Below, one piece after another: positions 57,497-64,000 of a stretch of 64,000 bases of DNA. The stretch lies in contig JAJECK010000015.1 in assembly GCA_022822085.1 (NCBI GenBank), positions 25,782-89,781 on the forward strand, written 5' to 3'. A model generated the notes under the pieces. That model ran no database searches. It worked only from the letters and a program-made list of their open reading frames with translations, and was not told the origin of the DNA. The position numbers were made by a program, and so were the translations under genes. The stretch comes from Candidatus Poribacteria bacterium (GTDB taxonomy: Bacteria; Poribacteria; WGA-4E; WGA-3G). How positions within the stretch are numbered: position 1 is the stretch's first letter; each line of letters begins with the position of its first letter.

Positions 57497-58069
57497 ATGA
57501 AATGCTTTACGTGGGAATATGGCCAGTTAACCACAGGTATACAGGTTGAGAGAGATGGCAGCCTTGGCATTATCGTGTCTCTCGGTCAAGATGGAAGAGG
57601 AGCGGGGAACTATCAGGAAAAAGTTGAATTGCTTCGAAAAAACCCGCCTGAAATAAAGGAGGGGGCTATCTTTGATGCACACCCTGTTAAGATTACCGCA
57701 AACTTAGAGCAAGACAGGTACTTTTATATGCTCGCAAAACCCACCGAACCTGACCCCCGCTTTATCGTGAGAATTCTCACAAGATGGGTATACGCCTACC
57801 GAACACACGGCAAATGGAGAACCATAAAAGGCAATCCTGAAGACCTTGTCGTTGGATGCGGTACCGACGATATAGTCATTAGACAAAATCCCACTTGGTA
57901 TGATGGCATCGTGCTGTTCTCCCCCGGTGATGCAGTTCGTGTGAAGCCGGAGGGTGCTCACGAAAATGAAAAATACGCTCTGGTTTGTGATGAGGACGGT
58001 ATGCATGACCTATTCTTTGGCGAATACAAAAACAAGTTTGCTACCGTGATCAAAGAGGAGTTCATCTAA
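57497..58069 (+). CDS. Hypothetical protein immediately downstream of the CRISPR array
   Basis: It is 190 aa. An RBS (aagaggcgg) lies upstream. No motif was recognised. Confidence 0.4.
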   Translation: MKCFTWEYGQLTTGIQVERDGSLGIIVSLGQDGRGAGNYQEKVELLRKNPPEIKEGAIFDAHPVKITANLEQDRYFYMLAKPTEPDPRFIVRILTRWVYAYRTHGKWRTIKGNPEDLVVGCGTDDIVIRQNPTWYDGIVLFSPGDAVRVKPEGAHENEKYALVCDEDGMHDLFFGEYKNKFATVIKEEFI

Positions 58070-58514
58070 TACATCGTAACGGCGAGTTCTCAAAACTCCC
58101 TCTCCCAATGTACACTTTAAAAATTTTGTTCTGTCTGTTCTATGGCTGGAATATACTGTGCGGGACGGCTCATTCAACATCAGAATAGTAAATCGTAAGT
58201 AAAATTGTATGTTAACAAATCTTGACATTCACCGAAATTTAATGGTACCCTTAAATGAAGGAGGCGAATATCATGAGAAAATTATTAAGTTGGATGAAGA
58301 AAGCGTTTATATTTCTTTTGAAAAATCGGCGCGGCAATATTTATCGGTGACATCAATGATTTAGCAAGGTGTTCGTCAACACCTTTACAGGCAGGTAACG
58401 CTAATCGTTATTTGCCTATTTTGTTTGCATAAATGGCATTCATAGCGTTCGGACAGAACTCAGGAAATCTCGGTTGAAAACCACGCCTACAATGTCCGAG
58501 GGGGCAAATCCTGG

Positions 58515-59222
58515 TCATCTTGATTCACGTGCTGCTTCTATTCTCTCCAACATTTCTTCTACGCTCACATCTTCGCCCTCGTCTAAATCTTCCATTATTC
58601 TATCAGCTTCCCTCTCTTGTGCTAATAATGCATCGAGTTTATCGGATGCTTGTTTAGAATATTCGGAGAGTATTTCAAGTGATTCTTTACGCTGATCATT
58701 TAGTTTTTTCAATTTTTCAGCTCCCACACCGATAGCGTCAAAGTCTATAGGTTTCGCTTTGTATAGGACTTTTAATTCCTCAGTTAATTTAGAAGATGCT
58801 AATTGTCCCTCATCATACAGTTTTAAGGCTGTGGCTGCTTTGGGCGGTAGATTTTGGACGACTATATCGGTGAAAACTGGGTGAACAGTCAATTCACCTG
58901 TATTATCCGTTTCTTCGGGTGTGGTACTATCGTCAGTAGGTTGTGCCGTTTCACGAGGTTCTAATGCTATATCCGTGTCATTACTTTGGACAGACGTGTC
59001 TTCAGGTGATGTATCAGGTTGTTCTGGTGTGCTTTTATCCACTTTTACCTGTTTTACCGTTCTATCTTTCGGTATTGTGCCTTGTTGTTCTGGCGCGTCT
59101 TTATAGATTTTTACCGGTTCTGCATTCTTTATTCTGAGATAATGATTGCGCCAAAGTCCGATACCGACACCAACAATAACAACACAAATGAGAATAATAA
59201 CTAAACGCACTGTTCTTTTCAT
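58515..59222 (-). CDS. Hypothetical membrane-anchored acidic coiled-coil protein
   Basis: It has an N-terminal transmembrane helix (LVIILICVVIVGVGIGLW). There is a Pro/Thr/Glu-rich linker and a C-terminal coiled coil (ELKVLYKAKPIDFDAIGVGAEKLKKLNDQRKESLEILSEYSKQ). Confidence 0.4.
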   Translation of the reverse strand: MKRTVRLVIILICVVIVGVGIGLWRNHYLRIKNAEPVKIYKDAPEQQGTIPKDRTVKQVKVDKSTPEQPDTSPEDTSVQSNDTDIALEPRETAQPTDDSTTPEETDNTGELTVHPVFTDIVVQNLPPKAATALKLYDEGQLASSKLTEELKVLYKAKPIDFDAIGVGAEKLKKLNDQRKESLEILSEYSKQASDKLDALLAQEREADRIMEDLDEGEDVSVEEMLERIEAARESR

Positions 59223-59512
59223 TTTATGCCTACCTTTTTAGGTGTTGAGATATTATATCTATATATGTATTAGACAGAAATTTGACCTTTTACGTTCAAG
59301 TTTTTTTGCTGGTGTTGAATACAGGCATGGTTGGGAAACCGCCTACAATGCTTTCATGTAATTATTGCTTGATTGTGAGCAGTGCTTTCATGTGGACATC
59401 TCATCTCAAATACAATCAAATCAAAACTATATATAGAAACATGAATAGACGATTATCTTCAGCCCAGCGATGAAACAGGTATCCAGCATAAGTTTGGGGT
59501 TTTCGACGTCAA

Positions 59513-60668
59513 TCAATGCGTATGCAAAGTAATAGGCACACGCTGTGTGCCGTCAATATCAAAAGACTGTAAACTCGACGGCACGCGGAAGGGCCTGCTA
59601 CTATGCATGGTCAATCTGTATATCCCTTCTTGATTTCTGCCCAACGCACTGTTTGCTTGCCATTGGGGATGATAGGCAATGCGCCACCATTCCAATGTGC
59701 CTTTGATCCTTCCGTCAAGAATGTAATCCCATATCTGTAGCGAGATCATACTTGTAAATCTTTGATATACCAGCACGCTTGTTCTCTCTATCATATTCGG
59801 ACGCACTGAATAGCACAAAACGCTGCTCATCCATCCATTCAACAGAATTCGGACTCCAATTCTCAGGTATTTTCAAAGTTCGGGTGGTGTCGTCGTCTAT
59901 GGTGTGGATGATACAACGAAATGTTCCAAGTGCTTGAATTTGAAGAAAGAAACCCCCATCTTTACCTTCAATTCTTTTAACCCCAATATCCATTTCAGCA
60001 TATTATATCTGTTTGCCATCAGGTGACCAACGGGGTTGAAAACGATGCATTTCACCTTTTTCATGATCGGGGTGTGTCCATTGACGCGGGTTGTCTCCAT
60101 TTGCATCGACTATCCAAAGGTTTTTCTCAATAACATCATGGTCGTCATTGATAAAGACAATTTGCTTTCCATCTGGCGACCAGTCGCAGTGATACACATG
60201 ATTTCTGAGTATCTGATTTATCTCACGAGTATCAATATCTATTGTGTAGAGACCTAACAGCGAATCGTGGTAGAGAAGTTCTCTACCATCGGGAGAATAC
60301 CTCAAGTCTATTACTGAACCTAACTTGTCCGTGAGCTGCCGGGCATTCGATCCATTTGTATTCATGATGAAAATATCAGGATGAGTGCTGTAGTCATTCG
60401 GTGTTGTGTCCCGCATTAACGCTATCCGTCTACCGTTAGGCGACCATATCGGCATCCATTCGGAGTATGGATTTTCGTTTATGGGTGTGATGTTTCTACC
60501 GTTGTCATCCATCACATAGATTTGAGATACTCCGTTTTTGCTTTTACTAAATATGATTTTGGCGTTGGCTGTTGCTACACATAGCAGCAGTATGAGACTG
60601 ATACATAACGTTGTTCGTAGTGTGTGCATGGTTTTCTCCTTCGGTTTGTTCTGTTGATATGTTAGCAA
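59513..60668 (-). pseudogene. PD40/TolB-like beta-propeller gene disrupted by an in-frame TAA and a downstream frameshift
   Basis: ORF 60003..60668 has a signal peptide and PD40 repeats (WMPIWSPNGRRIAL; RYSPDGRELLY; CDWSPDGKQIVF; RWSPDGKQI). It stops mid-motif at a TAA at 60003-60005. The same frame continues (YAEMDIGVKRIEGKDGGFF...) to 59715. A further overlapping ORF at 59513..59842 is in another frame. Confidence 0.5.
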
Positions 60669-60877
60669 TTTATGTGCCAGATATAGTCAGTGAATTTGTG
60701 CGTGGTGCTGCACGACTATGGGCAGATGTTGGTGTTGTTTACACGTATTAGTGCAGGACATTGTAGCGGTTTCTAACTGCGATCAAGATATTTGTTTAAA
60801 CTTTTCTAATTAAATAGCGTTATATAATCAAGGTTATACAACGCTATCGCTGTTTTAAAAGAGGGCACATCTGAACA

Positions 60878-61547
60878 ATGGCTGCTATCCGTATTTTCAT
60901 CAGTAGTGTCCAAAATGAATTTGCTCAAGAACGCAAAGCAATGCGCGACTATTTGCTGAACGATGCATTGCTCAGTAGATTCTTTGATGTGTTTCTATTT
61001 GAGGACGTTCCTGCATCTACATTGTATCTGGATGAACTAACACAATCCGAACTCTATGTGGGGATTTTCTAATTTAACATTGGAGCAATTAAGGGTTGCG
61101 CACACGTCAATTCCTACTAATCCACTGCTTGCTGAACCTTTATACCTTGTAAAGTACATTGAACGGATGGGAACAGGAACATTAGACATGATACGCCGTT
61201 GCGGGGATGCAGGATTGCCTGAACCCGAATTTGACGATAGTAGTGGATTTAAGGTGACGATATGGCGTGCCAATCCAAAAGGGCAGCCAGAGACGCAAGC
61301 ACATAACTTAACATCAAAGGCACTCAATCTAATTGCAGACGGACCGAGGCAGAAATCAGAATTGTCTAAAAGTTTAGGACAGAAACGGATATCGGGGCGA
61401 CTCAACAAAGTTGTCCAACACCTGCTGAGTGATGAGATGATTGAATATACACTGCCAGATAAACCGACGAGTCGCCTGCAGAAATATCGCTTGACAGAAA
61501 AGGGAAGAACTGAACTATTGAATATGAAATCAATGAAAGAGGATTAA
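60878..61547 (+). pseudogene. Remnant of a DUF4062 + ATPase + HATPase_c_4 (RecG-C-terminal-like / Schlafen-AlbA-type) gene, internally deleted or frameshifted
   Basis: ORF 60878..61072 encodes a DUF4062-like N-terminus (MAAIRIFISSVQNEFAQERKAMRDYL). The overlapping out-of-frame ORF 61056..61547 encodes the typical C-terminal ...YIERMGTGTLDMIRRCGDAGLPEPEFDD.. block. The central ATPase portion is absent. Confidence 0.4.
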
Positions 61548-61626
61548 GTTAACCCGAGTTTGCTAATAAAAAACAGTAACCACTGTCCGTTAGGAACCCA
61601 CCTACAATATAAAATATGGAGAATTT

Positions 61627-62553
61627 ATGGAAAACGCTCTTGAGAAACAACGAACATCAATTTCTGAACTGCGTCCGCAGATCGAAAACCTTATCCAGTC
61701 GAGTATTTCTGCTAATACGAAAAAGGCATATCAACGCGCTTTACAAGGGATCGAAAATTGGCTGCCCGCAGGTGAGCCGTTGTCGGATCACTTGCTGGCT
61801 GCGTATTTGACAGAACTGCACGAGAAAGGAAAATCCCCATCAACCATCTCGCAGGTTGTGGCTGCAGTGAAATGGCAGATGAAACATCAACCCGGAGCCG
61901 ACTTTCCGTTGCCGACTACCTACGCGACTTTGGCGGGTATCCGGCGTGATGGTAAGGCACGAGGACGTGGACAGGTGGACGGTATGATTTGGCAAGATGT
62001 AGAACGGGTCTGTATTCTGGCAGAAACCGATGGCACACTCGCGGGGTTACGAGATTCCGCTATGATACGGTTGATGAGCGATTGCCTGCTGCGTATCAGT
62101 GAAGTGGTTGCAGTGAACGCTGGCGATTTGAAGGAGCGGACGCTGTCGGTACAGGCTTCAAAATCTGACCAGGAGGGGCGCGGGGAAAGTCTTTATGTGT
62201 GTGATAGAACTCGCGATATCTTGACGAAATATAAAGAGATGGGCAGTATTCAGGAAGGCCCGATGTTCCGACAGATTCGCCGTGGTGGACATATTCAGGA
62301 GAACAGACTGCACGATCATTCTGCTCGGAGAATCGTCCAGAAACGTGCATCGGATGCGGGTGTAGTCGGGTTTATCTCTGGGCATTCGTTGCGTGTTGGT
62401 TCTGCAATGTCGCTGGCTTCCGCTGGTGCGACTGTAGTTGATATGCAGGTTGCGGGACGGTGGAAGTCGTCTCAGATGCCGGCGCATTATGCGAAGGCGG
62501 AATTGGCAGAACGCGGTGCTATTGCGCGGTTTAAGGATGGAAAAATGCAATGA
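61627..62553 (+). CDS. Tyrosine-type site-specific recombinase (phage-integrase family)
   Basis: It has a SAM-like N-terminal domain. The C-terminal catalytic region has ...GLRDSAMIRLMSDCLLRISEVVAV... and HSLRVGSAMSLASAGATVVDMQVAGRWKSSQMPAHYAK, with the conserved HxxR and a C-terminal Tyr. The RBS is tggagaatttatg. Confidence 0.75.
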   Translation: MENALEKQRTSISELRPQIENLIQSSISANTKKAYQRALQGIENWLPAGEPLSDHLLAAYLTELHEKGKSPSTISQVVAAVKWQMKHQPGADFPLPTTYATLAGIRRDGKARGRGQVDGMIWQDVERVCILAETDGTLAGLRDSAMIRLMSDCLLRISEVVAVNAGDLKERTLSVQASKSDQEGRGESLYVCDRTRDILTKYKEMGSIQEGPMFRQIRRGGHIQENRLHDHSARRIVQKRASDAGVVGFISGHSLRVGSAMSLASAGATVVDMQVAGRWKSSQMPAHYAKAELAERGAIARFKDGKMQ

Positions 62554-62594
62554 ATGTGTCAACCGTGCAATGTTAATAGAAATGTGATGAACCA

Positions 62595-62830
62595 ACCATC
62601 CTTAGGCCCGTCCGGACGATATGTTTATAGATCGCGCATGTACACGGTCCCTTTAGTCCCGTCCGGACGATATGTTATAGTATAATCCAAAAATATATAC
62701 ACACTTTTGATTCGTTAAACCTAAACCGTAGGACTGTGCTGTACCATAAACTTCCAGTTTGTGCAGTAGTGTGTGTGCAAACTGGAAAGTTCACGTTACA
62801 TAGGTGTGCAATTAATTATAGATTCCACTA
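62595..62830. repeat. Two copies of the 30-bp interspersed repeat followed by the composite ~170-bp structured element (copy C)
   Basis: The repeat copies ccttaggcccgtccggacgatatgtttatag and cctttagtcccgtccggacgatatgttatag are at 62603 and 62651. The element follows at 62682-62830 and aligns with 35940-36110. Confidence 0.7.
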
Positions 62831-62847
62831 TAAAACTAAATACCCTG

Positions 62848-62903
62848 CTAAACGTTGAATACACTTGCAATTGTAAGATATTTCTGATAAAATACACAAA
62901 AAG
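62848..62903 (+). promoter_or_regulatory. Sigma70-like promoter with the upstream AAATACCCTG element
   Basis: The sequence is aaataccctg ... TTGCAA-17 nt-TAAAAT. It lies about 25 nt upstream of an RBS (aaggatggaaag) and the ATG at 62926. Confidence 0.45.
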
Positions 62904-62925
62904 TCATTGTCAAAGGATGGAAAGA

Positions 62926-64000
62926 ATGGCATTACCTAAGATGGCACGAGTCAGACAACATTTTGATACACCAGTTCTCACTGATTTACACGCAGCAATC
63001 CACACAGAATTAGATAGAATTGAAACCAAAGCGATTATTAACCCAGGCGAAACCGTCGCAATAACTGCAGGCAGCCGAGGTGTAGCAAATATCGCGATAG
63101 CAGTGAAGGCAATCGTTGACTATCTCAAGAAGATTGAGGCAAAACCTTTTATTGTCCCCGCAATGGGGAGCCACGGTGGTGCTACTGCAGAAGGACAACG
63201 CACGGTATTAGAACATTACGGTATCACTGAAAAAACCGTTGGGGCACCAGTCAAATCGTCAATGGATGTTGTTAAACTTGGAACATTACCACAAGCAGGA
63301 ACAGACGATTTACCTGTTTACATGGATAAATGTGCAGCTGAAGCAGATCATATTGTACCGCTCAATCGTATCAAAGCACATACTGATTTCAACGGATCTA
63401 TTGAGAGTGGTTTGATGAAGATGATGGTCATTGGTCTCGGAAAACAGCAGGGGGCAAACTACTATCACCGTGCTTTCTTTCAATTCGGGTTTGAACATGT
63501 CATAACTGCTGTCGGTGGGTTCATACTTGACACTGGAAAGATCGCATTCGGTGTTGGACTCATTGAAAATGCACACGAAGATACTGCAAAGGTTGTTGCT
63601 ATACCTGCCAATCAATTGCTACAGACTGAACGCGAACTGCTTGTGCAATCAAAATCAATGATGGGTAAACTACCTTTTGATGAACTTGATCTGCTGATTG
63701 TAGATTGGGCAGGGAAAAATATCAGTGGAACAGGTATGGATACAAATGTTATTGGCAGGATGATGCAAAATTTTGAACCTGAACCGCTCAAACCTGCAAT
63801 ACTACGCATCTTTGTCCGTGATCTTACTGAGGAGAGTGATGGCAACGCAACTGGAATCGGACTCGCAGATTTCACAACCACACGACTTGTTGAACAGATT
63901 GACCGACACGCAACTTACATGAACGGAATCACTGCCCTCGGTCCACAAAAATCAAAGGTCCCATTTTATTACGATACTGATCAAGAAGCAATTGAAGTAG
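62926..64000 (+). CDS. LarA-like (DUF2088 / lactate-racemase N-terminal domain) protein. The 3' end lies outside the window.
   Basis: The frame is open from the ATG at 62926 to the window end and encodes ...IINPGETVAITAGSRGVANIA...VPAMGSHGGAT... This resembles the LarA-family N-terminal domain. Overlapping minus-strand ORFs are judged spurious. The family assignment is tentative. Confidence 0.4.
   Translation, partial: MALPKMARVRQHFDTPVLTDLHAAIHTELDRIETKAIINPGETVAITAGSRGVANIAIAVKAIVDYLKKIEAKPFIVPAMGSHGGATAEGQRTVLEHYGITEKTVGAPVKSSMDVVKLGTLPQAGTDDLPVYMDKCAAEADHIVPLNRIKAHTDFNGSIESGLMKMMVIGLGKQQGANYYHRAFFQFGFEHVITAVGGFILDTGKIAFGVGLIENAHEDTAKVVAIPANQLLQTERELLVQSKSMMGKLPFDELDLLIVDWAGKNISGTGMDTNVIGRMMQNFEPEPLKPAILRIFVRDLTEESDGNATGIGLADFTTTRLVEQIDRHATYMNGITALGPQKSKVPFYYDTDQEAIEV

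Noticed and set aside
60003-60005. In-frame TAA in the PD40 gene as possible programmed recoding
   Set aside because: The stop is TAA, not TGA. It has no downstream structure. The downstream continuation is itself frameshifted (59513..59842 overlaps in another frame). This points to a decayed pseudogene.
63010-63881. Minus-strand ORFs 63010..63198, 63310..63615 and 63612..63881
   Set aside because: They fall inside a longer plus-strand frame (62926 to the window end) that has an RBS and LarA-like motifs. The minus-strand peptides are Cys/Ser-rich and non-homologous.
1-64000. tRNA / rRNA genes
   Set aside because: I scanned the larger intergenic regions for T-loop (GGTTCGAATCC-like) and cloverleaf signatures and found none. 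A covariance-model scan would be needed to be sure, especially for tRNA-Sec.

Overview
This is a 64-kb window from an uncultivated-looking bacterium. It is moderately AT-rich by eye. Signal-peptide proteins, WD40 and TPR repeats, LamG/ConA-like proteins, a sulfatase, and many Gfo/Idh/MocA and xylose-isomerase-like TIM-barrel genes give it a PVC/Poribacteria-like flavour. That placement is inference only. Coding density is high on both strands, and many intergenic regions hold hairpin-forming interspersed repeats.

Core genes I can support: the 3' end of a polyprenyl synthase, a LacD-like aldolase, an LptF/LptG pair, an ICMT-family methyltransferase, FdhD, MobA, a zinc alcohol dehydrogenase, five Gfo/Idh/MocA oxidoreductases, three sugar-phosphate isomerase/epimerase-like genes (one UxuA-like), a SAM methyltransferase, a sulfatase, a VOC/glyoxalase protein, and a tyrosine recombinase.

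The most striking locus is 27768-31214 on the minus strand. Three tandem genes are each cut by the ORF tracker at an in-frame TGA. Read through, each encodes a lipoprotein with a TlpA/ResA-like thioredoxin-fold domain whose CxxC site is replaced by UxxC (UGLC, UAAC, UPFC). In all three the TGA is followed 14 nt later by a conserved 17-nt hairpin, consistent with a bacterial SECIS element. I call these three selenoproteins.

Other accessory features:
- A DarT-like (DUF4433) gene followed by a DarT-like/macrodomain fusion gene (37515-39451).
- An orphan CRISPR array with a 37-bp repeat (56971-57428) and no cas genes in the window.
- Five secreted proteins sharing a C-terminal tail of the form G-K-L-T-T-T-W-G-x-I-K-[R/K].
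- Two tandem, partly gene-converted WD40 paralogs, plus a third elsewhere.
- An IS4-family transposase remnant.
- A decayed integrase-associated region with two pseudogenes.
- Several families of MITE/REP-like repeats.
- A recurrent AAATAACCCTG element just upstream of -35 hexamers.

I recognised no tRNA or rRNA genes.
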